A stretch of 63,358 nt of DNA, counting the filler, from Thermodesulfobacteriota bacterium (GTDB lineage: Bacteria; DASVDK01), in assembly GCA_036381125.1 (NCBI GenBank). It is 7 parts of 7 records of this genome, joined end to end, with 100 filler letters (N's around TTAATTAATTAA, not from the genome) between each part and the next. Parts side by side here need not be neighbours in the genome. Positions count along the whole stretch, not along the records: positions 4,017 to 13,819 come from DASVDK010000032.1; positions 13,920 to 19,891 come from DASVDK010000033.1; positions 19,992 to 23,603 come from DASVDK010000034.1; 4 more parts are not named here. The stretch is one strand, 5' to 3'. How positions within the stretch are numbered: position 1 is the first letter of the stretch; every line of letters begins with the position of its first letter. The notes under the pieces are model-generated. The model did no database searches. It saw nothing but the letters and a program-made list of their open reading frames with translations, and had not been told where the DNA came from. A program made the translations under genes and the position numbers. Shown piece after piece: positions 8,712 through 21,494 of the stretch.

Positions 8712-9547
8712 GCCCCGCCCTGCGCCGATTCGGCCGCCACCGCCTCGCCGTCGTGGGCCTCGTCTGCCTCGTGCTCGTCGTGGCCGCATCGGCGGCGGCG
8801 CCGCTCCTCACCCGCTACACGCCGACGCAGCAGTCCTTCACCCGGCGCCTGCAGGGCCCGTCCGCCGAGCACGTCCTCGGGACCGATCAGTTCGGCCGCG
8901 ACATCTACACGCGCGTCCTCTACGGCGGTCGGCTCTCGGTCCTCTTCGGCGTGGCGGCGGTCGCCATCGGGCTCGCCGCCGGCGGCAGCCTGGGCCTCGC
9001 GGCCGGATACTTCCCGCGGGTGGACGGGCCGGCCATGCGGGCGATGGACGTCCTGCTGTCGTTCCCGGCCGTGCTGCTGGCGATCATCGTCGTGGCGATC
9101 CTCGGGCCGGGCCTCGGCACGGTCATGCTCGCGGTCGGCGTCCGGCAGATCCCCGCGTACGCCCGCATGGTCCGGGGCGCGGTCCTCGTCGTGAAGGCGC
9201 TCCCCTATGCCGAGGCCGCGGTCGCCCTCGGCTCGACCCACTGGCGGACGATCCGCTCGACCATCGTCCCGAACTGCGTCGCGCCGGTCCTGGTCTTCTC
9301 GACGCTGCAGGTCGCCAACGCGATCCTGCTCGCATCCATCCTCTCCTTCCTCGGCCTCGGGGTGCAGCCGCCCGCGGCCGAGTGGGGGATCATGGTGAAC
9401 CAGGGCCGCGCCTTCCTGCGCGACGCCCCGCACGTCGCCATCGTGCCCGGCCTCGCGATCTTCCTCGTCGTCATGAGCTTCAACATGATCGGCGACGGGC
9501 TGCGCGACAGCCTCGACGTGCGGCTCAGGGACGGGAGCCACTCGTGA
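8708..9547 (+). CDS. Opp/Dpp ABC permease (DppC-like)
   Basis: ATGA overlap; LGTDQFGRD, EAAVALG, LSFLGLG..PP..EWG, GDGLRD. Confidence 0.92.
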   Translation: MSPALRRFGRHRLAVVGLVCLVLVVAASAAAPLLTRYTPTQQSFTRRLQGPSAEHVLGTDQFGRDIYTRVLYGGRLSVLFGVAAVAIGLAAGGSLGLAAGYFPRVDGPAMRAMDVLLSFPAVLLAIIVVAILGPGLGTVMLAVGVRQIPAYARMVRGAVLVVKALPYAEAAVALGSTHWRTIRSTIVPNCVAPVLVFSTLQVANAILLASILSFLGLGVQPPAAEWGIMVNQGRAFLRDAPHVAIVPGLAIFLVVMSFNMIGDGLRDSLDVRLRDGSHS

Positions 9548-10827
9548 AGCGACGCATCGTGGAAGAGGTGGACCGGCGGCGGGACGAGTTCGTCGCGCTC
9601 CTGTCCCGAGTGGTCCAGTTCGACACCGACAACCCGCCGTCGGACACGCGAGCGCTCGCCGCCTTCATGGCGGACTGGCTCGGGGCGCGCGGCATCGCCG
9701 CCGAGGTGATCATGCCGTACGAGCCCTACGCGAACGTCGTCGCGGCGCTCGGGCCGGTGGGCGCGACGCCCCACCTCACGCTGAACGGACACCTCGACCA
9801 GTTCCCGGCCGACGACCCGGCCCTCTGGCGCGACGGTCCATACTCCGGGGTCGTCCGCGACGGCAGGGTCTACGGCCGCGGCGTCTCCGACATGAAGGGC
9901 GGCACCACCGCCTCGCTCGTCGCCTTCGCGCTCGTGAAGGAGCTGGAGATCCCGCTGAGGGGCCGCCTGAGCTTCACCGGCGTCTCCGACGAGGAGACCG
10001 GCGGCGAGTACGGCACGCGCTGGATCCTCGCACACCACAAGGAGTACGTCGGCCAGGCGTGCCTCAACGGCGAGCCCTACGCGCCCGACGTGGTCGGCAT
10101 CGGCGAGCGCGGCACGTACCGGGTCATCCTCCGCACCGAGGGCGAGCCGATGCACGGCTCCCTCTCGTCGGGCGACAACTGCATCATGCGGATGGCCGAG
10201 GCCCTCCTCGCCCTTCGCCCGCTCGTCCGGGAGGAGTCCGACGTCCCGCGGGAGCTCGAGGCGATCGTCGAGCGGCAGAAGTCCTACACGCGCAGCCCCC
10301 AGGACGCCGGCAAGGGGTACCTCCTCGACCACCCCTCCTACAACGTCGGCGTCATCCGCGGCGGCACGAAGCTGAACGTCGTGCCCCGCGTCTGCGAGGC
10401 GGAGGTCGACATCCGGCTGCCGGTCGGGTTCACCGTCGCCCGCATGGACACCCTGGTCAGGCGGCTCCTGCGCGAGGCCGGCCGGTCGGACGTCACCGTG
10501 ACGCCGGCGCGCGAGACGACCGGCCGCGCGCCGGGTCGCCCCTCCGCGGAGCGCACCGGGGAGCCGACCTGGACGAGCCCCGACGAGCGGCTCGTCCGGA
10601 TCGTCAGGGCCAACGCCGCGGCGCTGATCGGCAAGGAGCCGCTCTACTACCTCGGCCTCGGCGCCACCGACGGGCGGCTCTTCCGCGCCCACGGGGTGCC
10701 GACCGTCATCTACGGGCCCCGCCCCTTCAACATGGGCGGCATCGACGAGCACATCGCCGTCGACGACTTCCTCACCGTCATCAAGGTTCACGCCCTGACC
10801 ATCGTGGACTACCTCGGACTCGCGTAA
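9544..10827 (+). CDS. M20 family metallopeptidase/deacylase (ArgE/DapE-like)
   Basis: NGHLD, YGRGVSDMKGG, DEETGG, NGEP motifs; GTGA overlap start. Confidence 0.88.
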   Translation: MKRRIVEEVDRRRDEFVALLSRVVQFDTDNPPSDTRALAAFMADWLGARGIAAEVIMPYEPYANVVAALGPVGATPHLTLNGHLDQFPADDPALWRDGPYSGVVRDGRVYGRGVSDMKGGTTASLVAFALVKELEIPLRGRLSFTGVSDEETGGEYGTRWILAHHKEYVGQACLNGEPYAPDVVGIGERGTYRVILRTEGEPMHGSLSSGDNCIMRMAEALLALRPLVREESDVPRELEAIVERQKSYTRSPQDAGKGYLLDHPSYNVGVIRGGTKLNVVPRVCEAEVDIRLPVGFTVARMDTLVRRLLREAGRSDVTVTPARETTGRAPGRPSAERTGEPTWTSPDERLVRIVRANAAALIGKEPLYYLGLGATDGRLFRAHGVPTVIYGPRPFNMGGIDEHIAVDDFLTVIKVHALTIVDYLGLA

Positions 10828-10838
10828 CGGAGACCCTC

Positions 10839-12086
10839 ATGGCCATCAAGGACCAGATCCTCGCCCGCGTCGACCCCGACGAGGTCATCCAGCTCGCCAG
10901 GGACCTCGTCAAGATCCCGAGCTTCACCACCGAGGAGACCGAGTGCGCCCGGTTCCTCCACGACCTCTTCCGCAAGGAGGGTCTCGAGTCCGAGCTCCAG
11001 GAGGTGGACCCCGGCCGCTTCCAGACCGTGGCGCGGCTCAGGGGCACCGGCGGCGGCAAGAGCCTCATGCTGAACGGCCACATCGACATCGACCCGATGG
11101 GCGCCGGCTGGCGGCGGGACCCCTTCACCGCCACCATCGAGGGCGACCGGATGTACGGCGCGGGGATCTTCAACATGAAGGGGGGCGTGACGTCGATGGT
11201 CATCGCCGCGCTCGCCGCGAAGCGGAGCGGCGTCCCGCTCCGGGGCGACGTCGTGGTCGCCTGCGTGGCCGGCGAGCTGCAGGGCGGCGTCGGGACGGTG
11301 CACCTGCTCGAGCGGGGGATCCGCACCGACTACGCCATCGTCCCCGAGCCCTACGACACGAAGAACATCATCACGAAGCACACCGGCGTGATGCAGATCC
11401 TCGTCCACGTGATCGGCCGCTCGGCTCACATCTCGCGCAAGGAGCAGGGGATCAACGCCATCGTCAAGATGGCGAAGGTCGTCGAGGCGCTCGAGAACGC
11501 CACGCTCCGCCACACGCACGACCCCGACCTCCCGGGCCTCCCGCGCCACCAGGTCGGCACCATCATCGGCGGCCGCGGCTACACGCCGGGGGGGCATTCG
11601 TACCGCGGCGTCGAGACGCGGGGCGCCAACATCGTGCCCGACGTCTGCACGATCTGGATCGACGTCCGCTTCAACCAGAGCATGACGCCCGAGAGCATCC
11701 TCGAGGACATCACCGCGGTGCTCGAGCAGACGAAGCGGGACGACCCCGACTTCCGCTACGAGATCGAGTTCCCGCCGGTCCCCGAGCGCAAGGCGAACCG
11801 CATCGTCATGCCGCCCATGTCGGTGCCGGTCACGGCGCACATCGTCCAGACCCTGAAGAAGAACGTCACCGCCGTCATCGGCGAGGAGCCGAACGTCGGG
11901 GCGGTCGCGCCCTTCAGCTACGCCGGCAACGACACCGCGCACCTCTACAACGCCGGCATCGAGTGCTGCCTCTACGGGCCGGTGGCCGGCTACACCACGG
12001 AGTTCCCCGACCGCTGGACCTCGGTGAAGCAGATGCAGGACTGCGCGAAGGCGCTCGCCGCCACCATCGCGGACATCTGCGCATGA
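10839..12086 (+). CDS. M20 family protein with divergent metal-site motifs
   Basis: GGGKSLMLNGHID, YGAGIFNMKGG, VAGELQGG, PEP, GRSAH. Confidence 0.85.
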   Translation: MAIKDQILARVDPDEVIQLARDLVKIPSFTTEETECARFLHDLFRKEGLESELQEVDPGRFQTVARLRGTGGGKSLMLNGHIDIDPMGAGWRRDPFTATIEGDRMYGAGIFNMKGGVTSMVIAALAAKRSGVPLRGDVVVACVAGELQGGVGTVHLLERGIRTDYAIVPEPYDTKNIITKHTGVMQILVHVIGRSAHISRKEQGINAIVKMAKVVEALENATLRHTHDPDLPGLPRHQVGTIIGGRGYTPGGHSYRGVETRGANIVPDVCTIWIDVRFNQSMTPESILEDITAVLEQTKRDDPDFRYEIEFPPVPERKANRIVMPPMSVPVTAHIVQTLKKNVTAVIGEEPNVGAVAPFSYAGNDTAHLYNAGIECCLYGPVAGYTTEFPDRWTSVKQMQDCAKALAATIADICA

Positions 12087-12114
12087 CGGGCAGAGCCGGC
12101 CTGCCGCCGCGACC

Positions 12115-13314
12115 ATGCCGGCCGCCGGCGCGGGTCCGCCCGCCGCGTCGTGGCCGGCGATGGTGATCCGCTGCGGCACGCTGATCGACGGCGTCTCCGC
12201 CGCGCCGCGGCGGGACGCGACGATCGGCGTGAGGGACGGCAGGATCGCGGAGGCGGAGGGCCGGGTCGACCTCGACCTGTCGGCCTACACGGTCCTCCCC
12301 GGCTTCGTCGATGCCCACGACCACCTCGGCTTCGGGGTGGGCGAGCCCAAGGCGGCGCTCGCGGCCGAGTCGCCGGTCTGGGTGATGGCCAAGGCCGCCG
12401 CCGTCGCGCGCGGCGCCCTCGAGGCCGGCATCACGACGCTCAGGACCCTCGGCGACCGCGACCAGGTCGACCTGTTCGCGCGAAAGGCGATCGACCAGGG
12501 CCTCCTGGCCGGCCCCCGGCTGCTCGTGGCCGGCGTGCCGATGACCCGACCGTCCGGGGGGATGTTCTGGCACCCGCCGGCGCTCGCGGACGGGCCCGAC
12601 GGCGTGCGGGCGCACGTCCGCCGCGAGGTCGCGGCCGGTGTGGACTGGCTCAAGATGTTCGCCACCGGCCCGGCCGGCACGCCCACCTCGGCCACCGCGA
12701 CGCCGCTCTTCACCCGCGAGGCCATCCTCGCCGCCGGCGACGAGGTGCGCCGCGCCGGCAAGCGGCTCGCCGTGCACGCCCACGACCCGACCGCCGTCCG
12801 CTGGGCCGTCGAGGCGGGCGCGCACACGATCGAGCACGGCGTCCACCTCGACGCCGAGACCCTCGCCCTCATGGCCGAGCGCGGCGTGAGCCTCGTCGTG
12901 ACCGCCAGCTACTACGAGGCGGCGGCTCGCCACCCCGCCTTCCCCCCCGACGTGCAGGCGCGCTTCCGGACCGCCCTCGAGGTCGCCCGGCAGGGCCTCG
13001 CCCTCGCGCGGCGTGCCGGGGTGAACGTGGCCGTCGGCACCGACGAGAACCACGGCCGCATCGACATGGAGGTGGCCATCCTCCGCTCGGGCGGCTACAC
13101 GCCCATGGAGTCGCTGCGCGCCGCCACCCTCGGCGGCGCCATCGCCTGCGGCGTCGACCGGGACGTGGGGAGCCTGGAGCCCGGCAAGGCGGCCGACCTC
13201 GTCGCGGTCGAGGGCGACCCGCTCGCCGACGTCTCGGCCATCCGGCGCGTCGTCCTCGTCATGAAGGGGGGCGAGGTCGTCGTCGACCGGCGGGGCGCGC
13301 CCCTTCCTCCTTGA
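12115..13314 (+). CDS. Metal-dependent amidohydrolase (prolidase-like TIM barrel)
   Basis: LPGFVDAHDH, LKMFATG, AVHAH, IEHG, GTD, GSLEPGKAADL; start may be 12160. Confidence 0.88.
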   Translation: MPAAGAGPPAASWPAMVIRCGTLIDGVSAAPRRDATIGVRDGRIAEAEGRVDLDLSAYTVLPGFVDAHDHLGFGVGEPKAALAAESPVWVMAKAAAVARGALEAGITTLRTLGDRDQVDLFARKAIDQGLLAGPRLLVAGVPMTRPSGGMFWHPPALADGPDGVRAHVRREVAAGVDWLKMFATGPAGTPTSATATPLFTREAILAAGDEVRRAGKRLAVHAHDPTAVRWAVEAGAHTIEHGVHLDAETLALMAERGVSLVVTASYYEAAARHPAFPPDVQARFRTALEVARQGLALARRAGVNVAVGTDENHGRIDMEVAILRSGGYTPMESLRAATLGGAIACGVDRDVGSLEPGKAADLVAVEGDPLADVSAIRRVVLVMKGGEVVVDRRGAPLPP

Positions 13315-13345
13315 CGGCGCCCTACCCTTCCGGGATCATCGAACC

Positions 13346-13684
13346 ATGTCTCCCGAGACCGACGTCGCCCGCTACGCGGCCATGTTCGCGGCCCTGGGTC
13401 ACGAGGCGCGGCTCGCGATCGTCCGCCTCCTGCTCGCGGCCCATCCGGTCGGGATGGTGGCCGGCGAGATCCAGCAGGAGCTCGGCATCCCCGCCTCCAC
13501 CCTGTCGCACCACCTCGACGCGCTGAGGCAGGTCGGCCTGGTCGAGCAGCGGCGCGAGGGGAAGTACCAGCGCTACCTCGCGGCGGCGGACGGGCTCGAG
13601 GCGCTGCTGCGGTTCCTCTACGCCGAGTGCTGCACCCGCAGCCAGGTGGTGCCGCTCTCGGCGCTGCGCCGCAAGCCGTCGTGA
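13346..13684 (+). CDS. arsR: ArsR/SmtB repressor with C-terminal ECC motif
   Basis: FAALGHEARLAI..L, PASTLSHHL, C-terminal FLYAECC. Confidence 0.85.
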   Translation: MSPETDVARYAAMFAALGHEARLAIVRLLLAAHPVGMVAGEIQQELGIPASTLSHHLDALRQVGLVEQRREGKYQRYLAAADGLEALLRFLYAECCTRSQVVPLSALRRKPS

Positions 13685-13819
13685 GGACCTACTACGGCTG
13701 GCGTCTGGTCCTGACGCTCGGCGCCACCGAGACGATCTCCTGGGGGATCCTCTACTACAGCTTCACGGTCTTCCTCGCGCCGATGGAGGCCGATCTCGGC
13801 TGGTCGCGGGCCGCCACGT
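13681..13819 (+). CDS. MFS transporter N-terminus (ArsK-like), truncated
   Basis: YYGWRLV..LGATETISWGILYYSFTVFLAPMEADLGWSR; GTGA overlap with arsR. Confidence 0.7.
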
Positions 13820-13919
13820 NNNNNNNNNNNNNNNNNNNNNNNNNNNNNNNNNNNNNNNNNNNNTTAATTAATTAANNNNNNNNNNNNNNNNNNNNNNNNN
13901 NNNNNNNNNNNNNNNNNNN

Positions 13920-14820
<901 letters not shown>

Positions 14821-14823
14821 CCG

Positions 14824-17463
<2,640 letters not shown>

Positions 17464-17538
17464 GAAGGCTCCGATAAGAGGCCGAGAATGCTCAAGTTTA
17501 CCGCCCTGCTCCGCCCGGCGCCAGCCGGCGGCGAGGTC

Positions 17539-17566
17539 TCTCATCCGGTTCTAATCGGTTTCTCAT
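17539..17566 (+). promoter_or_regulatory. Three 11-bp-period direct repeats (TCTCAT/TCTAAT/TCTCAT), candidate OmpR-family operator
   Basis: Hexamers at 17539, 17550 and 17561 upstream of the degP-response regulator pair. Confidence 0.55.
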
Positions 17567-17633
17567 GAGAGCCCAACGCCCCTGCCCTATCCTTGACGCT
17601 CGGGCTACCATCCCGGCTCGGAGGACGAGGATC

Positions 17634-19154
17634 ATGAGTCGCAAGGGAGCGTTCGCCAGCATTCTGGCCGCGCTCGTCGTGGGCGCCTTCGGAGGGGCCG
17701 CAGCCACGAGCGCCATCGGGGGCCGGGGAGGCCAGCAGCCAGGCGCCGGGGAACCGGTTGCCGCCGATCAGGTCCAGGTTGCCGAGGCGCAGTCGGGCGC
17801 GCCGGGCTCGGGCGAGCCGCGCGGCACGATCGCGCCGACGCCGCCTCCGCCGTCGGCCCCCTCCTCGTTCGCCGACCTGGTCGAGCGGCTCGAGCCGGCC
17901 GTCGTGAACATCCAGGTCACGAAGGTCGCCGGGGCGCAGAACCCGTTCGCGGGGACGCCGTTCGAGGACTTCTTCCGCGGCCGGCCGGGCCCGCGCGTCC
18001 AGGGGGCCGGCTCGGGGTTCGTCATCTCGCCCGAGGGGTACATCGTCACGAACAACCACGTGGTCGAGGACGCCCGCGACGTGAAGGTCACCTTCGCCAC
18101 GGGCGACGAGTACCAGGCCAAGGTGATCGGCCGCGACCCCAAGACCGATCTCGCGCTCATCAAGATCGAGCCCAGGGCGCCCCTCCCCTCGGTCACCCTC
18201 GGCGACTCCGACTCGCTCAGGGTCGGCGACTGGGTCCTCGCCATCGGCAACCCGTTCGGCCTCGAGGGGACCGTCACGATCGGCATCGTCAGCGCCAAGA
18301 GCCGCCAGATCGGCGCCGGGCCCTACGACGACTTCCTGCAGACCGACGCGGCCATCAACCCGGGCAACTCCGGCGGCCCGCTCTTCAACCTCAAGGGCGA
18401 GGTGGTCGGCATCAACACCGCCATCGTCGCGCGGGGCCAGGGGGTCGGCTTCGCCATCCCCATCAACCTCGCCAAGGCGCTCATCCCCCAGCTCAGGGAA
18501 GAGGGGCGCGTCACGCGGGCGTGGCTCGGCGTGGTGGTCCAGCCGGTCACCCCGGCGCTGGCCCGCTCGCTCAAGCTCCCCGAAGCGAAGGGGGCGCTCG
18601 TCGCGGACCTCGTGAACGACGGCCCGGCCGCCAGGGCCGGGATGCGCCAGGGGGACGTGATCGTCGGCTTCCAGGGGAAGCCGGTGGAGGACTCGTCGCA
18701 ACTGCCGAGCATCGTGGCCGGCGTCAAGCCCGGCACCCGCGCCGAGGTGCGCGTGATCCGCAACGGCCGTCCGGAGACGCTCACCGTGACGCTCGGCCGG
18801 ATGCCGGACGAGGAGGCGCAGGCCTCCCTCGGTGACGACGACACCAGCCCGGCGCGCGCCGGCCTGGCGCTGGCCGACGTGCCGCGGCCGCTCGCCCGCC
18901 AGCTCAACCTGCCGCCCGGCCGCGGCGCTCTGGTGACCGCGATCCAGGCCGGCAGCCCGGCCGAGCGGGCTGGCCTGCAGCCGGGCGACGTGATCCTCGA
19001 GGTGAACCGCAAGCCGGTGTCCGGCGCCCAGGCGGCCATCGACGAGATGAAGCGCGCCGCCGACGGCGACCCGATCCTCCTGCGGGTCGCCAGGGAGGGG
19101 GGCCAGATCTACGCCGCGCTCGAGCCGCGGCCCGAGTCCGGCCAGGCGCGGTAG
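17634..19154 (+). CDS. DegP/DegQ (Do) serine endopeptidase with two PDZ domains
   Basis: GSGFVI, TNNHV, DLALIKI, QTDAAINPGNSGGPL, two PDZ-like repeats. Confidence 0.95.
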   Translation: MSRKGAFASILAALVVGAFGGAAATSAIGGRGGQQPGAGEPVAADQVQVAEAQSGAPGSGEPRGTIAPTPPPPSAPSSFADLVERLEPAVVNIQVTKVAGAQNPFAGTPFEDFFRGRPGPRVQGAGSGFVISPEGYIVTNNHVVEDARDVKVTFATGDEYQAKVIGRDPKTDLALIKIEPRAPLPSVTLGDSDSLRVGDWVLAIGNPFGLEGTVTIGIVSAKSRQIGAGPYDDFLQTDAAINPGNSGGPLFNLKGEVVGINTAIVARGQGVGFAIPINLAKALIPQLREEGRVTRAWLGVVVQPVTPALARSLKLPEAKGALVADLVNDGPAARAGMRQGDVIVGFQGKPVEDSSQLPSIVAGVKPGTRAEVRVIRNGRPETLTVTLGRMPDEEAQASLGDDDTSPARAGLALADVPRPLARQLNLPPGRGALVTAIQAGSPAERAGLQPGDVILEVNRKPVSGAQAAIDEMKRAADGDPILLRVAREGGQIYAALEPRPESGQAR

Positions 19155-19165
19155 GCGGACCGCCG

Positions 19166-19840
19166 ATGCGCGTGCTCGTGGTCGAGGACGAGCGGAAGGT
19201 GGCGAGCTTCGTCCAGCGGAGCCTCGAGGAGGAGGGCTTCGCCGTGGACGTGGCGTACGACGGCCGCGAGGGGCTCGAGCGCGCCCTCGCCACCGACTAC
19301 GACGCCGTCGTCCTCGACGTGATGCTCCCGGAGAAGGACGGCCTCGGCGTCGTCTCCGCCATGCGCGAGGAGGGTCGCCGCACCCCGGTGCTCCTCCTCA
19401 CGGCGCGCCAGGCGGTGGGCGATCGCGTCAAGGGGCTCGACGCCGGCGCCGACGACTACCTCGTCAAGCCCTTCGCCGTCGAGGAGCTGCTCGCGCGGGT
19501 CAGGGCCCTCATCCGCCGCAAGGACGGCACCCGCCCCGGGCCGCTCACGGTGGGCGACCTCGTGCTCGACCCCGACACGCGCCGCGCCCGCCGCGGCGAC
19601 CGCGAGATCGAGCTGACCGCCAAGGAGTACGCGCTCCTCGACTACTTCATGCGCAACCCCGGGCGCGTCCTCACGCGCGCGATGATCGCCGAGCACGTCT
19701 GGAACGTCGACTTCGACACCTTCAGCAACGTCATCGACGTCTACGTCAACTACCTGCGCAACAAGATCGACGCCCCCTTCGACACGAAGCTCCTCAAGAC
19801 CGTGCGCGGCATGGGCTACATGATCGAGGCGCCCAGATAA
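19166..19840 (+). CDS. OmpR-family response regulator
   Basis: VLVVEDE, LDVMLP, GADDYLVKPF, winged-helix C-terminus TVRGMGY. Confidence 0.95.
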   Translation: MRVLVVEDERKVASFVQRSLEEEGFAVDVAYDGREGLERALATDYDAVVLDVMLPEKDGLGVVSAMREEGRRTPVLLLTARQAVGDRVKGLDAGADDYLVKPFAVEELLARVRALIRRKDGTRPGPLTVGDLVLDPDTRRARRGDREIELTAKEYALLDYFMRNPGRVLTRAMIAEHVWNVDFDTFSNVIDVYVNYLRNKIDAPFDTKLLKTVRGMGYMIEAPR

Positions 19841-19846
19841 TCGTCT

Positions 19847-19891
19847 GGGGTCAGGTCTTGAGTTTTTCCGCGCCAGCCTGGAACACCGGGA
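19847..19891. repeat. Partial copy of the GGGGTCAGGTCT repeat at contig end
   Basis: GGGGTCAGGTCTTGAGTTTTTCC starting 7 nt after the stop codon; contig breaks soon after. Confidence 0.7.
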
Positions 19892-19993
19892 NNNNNNNNN
19901 NNNNNNNNNNNNNNNNNNNNNNNNNNNNNNNNNNNTTAATTAATTAANNNNNNNNNNNNNNNNNNNNNNNNNNNNNNNNNNNNNNNNNNNNCC

Positions 19994-21037
19994 TGCGACG
20001 CCCTCGTCCGGCTCGCCGAGGCGGCCGAGGTCCCGGTGCAGGTGGCCTGGCGGCGGCACGACGCCTTCCCCAACGACCACCGGCTCTTCCTCGGCATGGC
20101 CGGCCTCGGCGCCGCCCCCGTCGTCTTCGAGCGCCTCGGGGCCGCCGACGTGGTGCTCGCGGTGGGCACGCGCTTCCAGGAGATCACGACGCGCGGGTAC
20201 TCCCTGCCGGGGCGCGCCGCCTGCGTCTACCAGGTGGACATCGAGCCCGCGGTCCTCGGGGCTGCCATGCCGGTCACGCTCGGGATCGTGGCCGACGCCG
20301 GCGCCGCCCTGCGCGCGCTCGCGGGGCGCCTCCCCGCGCCCGTCCCCGGCCTCGCCGCCCGGCGAGCCCGCAACGAGGCCGATCGAGGCGCGTTCGTGGA
20401 GGCGACCACGCGCCGCCCCGCGGCGGTGCCGAAGGGCTGCGTCGACCCCGGCGCCGTCGTGGCCGCCATGCAGCGCCTCCTGCCGCCCGAGGCCATCGTC
20501 GCCACCGACGCCGGGAACTTCTACGGCTGGCTCTCGCGCTACTACCGCTTCCGCCGGCCGCGAACGTTCGTCGGCCCCACGTCGGGGGCGATGGGCTACG
20601 GCCTCCCCGCCGCCATCGGCGCCAAGCTCGCCCGGCCCGACGTCCCGGTCGTCGCCTGGGCGGGCGACGGCGGCTTCCTGATGACGATGACCGAGCTCGA
20701 GACCGCCGTGCGGACCGGGGCGAACGTCGTCGCGATCGTCTTCGACAACGCCCGCTACGGGACGATCCGGATGCACCAGGAGCGGGCCTACCCCGGGCGG
20801 GTCGTCGCGACCGACCTCACGACCCCCGACCTCGCGAAGGCCGCCGAGGCGTTCGGCGCGGCAGGGTTCCGGGTGTCGGGCGACGCGGAGGTCGAGGACG
20901 CGCTCGCCGCGGCGCTCGCGGCCGGCCGGCCGGCCGTGATCCACGTGCCGGTCGACCCGGAGTGGCTCAGCGTCGCGCAGGCTCGGTGGCCGCCACCTCC
21001 TGGTGGAGGCAGAGGATGTTGCCGTCCGGGTCGCTGA
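19994..21037 (+). CDS. Thiamine pyrophosphate-dependent enzyme (acetolactate synthase-like), 5'-truncated
   Basis: ADVVLAVGTR, DAGNF, SGAMGYGLPAAIGAK, GDGGFLM...N..YGTIRMHQE. Confidence 0.9.
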   Translation, partial: CDALVRLAEAAEVPVQVAWRRHDAFPNDHRLFLGMAGLGAAPVVFERLGAADVVLAVGTRFQEITTRGYSLPGRAACVYQVDIEPAVLGAAMPVTLGIVADAGAALRALAGRLPAPVPGLAARRARNEADRGAFVEATTRRPAAVPKGCVDPGAVVAAMQRLLPPEAIVATDAGNFYGWLSRYYRFRRPRTFVGPTSGAMGYGLPAAIGAKLARPDVPVVAWAGDGGFLMTMTELETAVRTGANVVAIVFDNARYGTIRMHQERAYPGRVVATDLTTPDLAKAAEAFGAAGFRVSGDAEVEDALAAALAAGRPAVIHVPVDPEWLSVAQARWPPPPGGGRGCCRPGR

Positions 21038-21371
21038 ACCAGGCCGCCATCTCCGCCCCGAGGACGCAGACGTGGTCGACGGTCCTGAGGCCCGGCAGGT
21101 CGTAGTCGTGGAAGACGACGCCGCGCGCCTCGAGCGCGCGGATCGTCGACTCGATGTCGTCCACCAGAAAGCTGACCGCCGTGTGGTCGGCCTTCGTCCG
21201 GCTCCCGCGCGGGAAGAGGGCGAGGCGCCCCCCTCCCCCGCAGGCGTAGACGAACTTCCCGTCGGGCCGCGCCCCCACCGGGGTGAGCCCGAGCTTCGCC
21301 TCGTAGAACTCCCTCGCGCGGTCGAGGTCGACGACCGGCAGGATCGTGGTGACCGGAGCCTGGGCGAGCAT
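20967..21371 (-). CDS. VOC/glyoxalase family protein
   Basis: RBS GAGGAGG; LPVVDLDRAREFYEAKLGL, AAWFSDPDGNIL. Confidence 0.9.
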   Translation of the reverse strand: MLAQAPVTTILPVVDLDRAREFYEAKLGLTPVGARPDGKFVYACGGGGRLALFPRGSRTKADHTAVSFLVDDIESTIRALEARGVVFHDYDLPGLRTVDHVCVLGAEMAAWFSDPDGNILCLHQEVAATEPARR

Positions 21372-21494
21372 GGCGAGCACCTCCTCGTCGCCGTGACGCC
21401 CCCGTGATGGTCCCGCGCGCCGGCCTCGGTGTCCACCGGCGCGCGCGGCCGCTCATCGGCAGGGCAGCCGCTCGCCGGCAGGGCCGGCGCCCGG

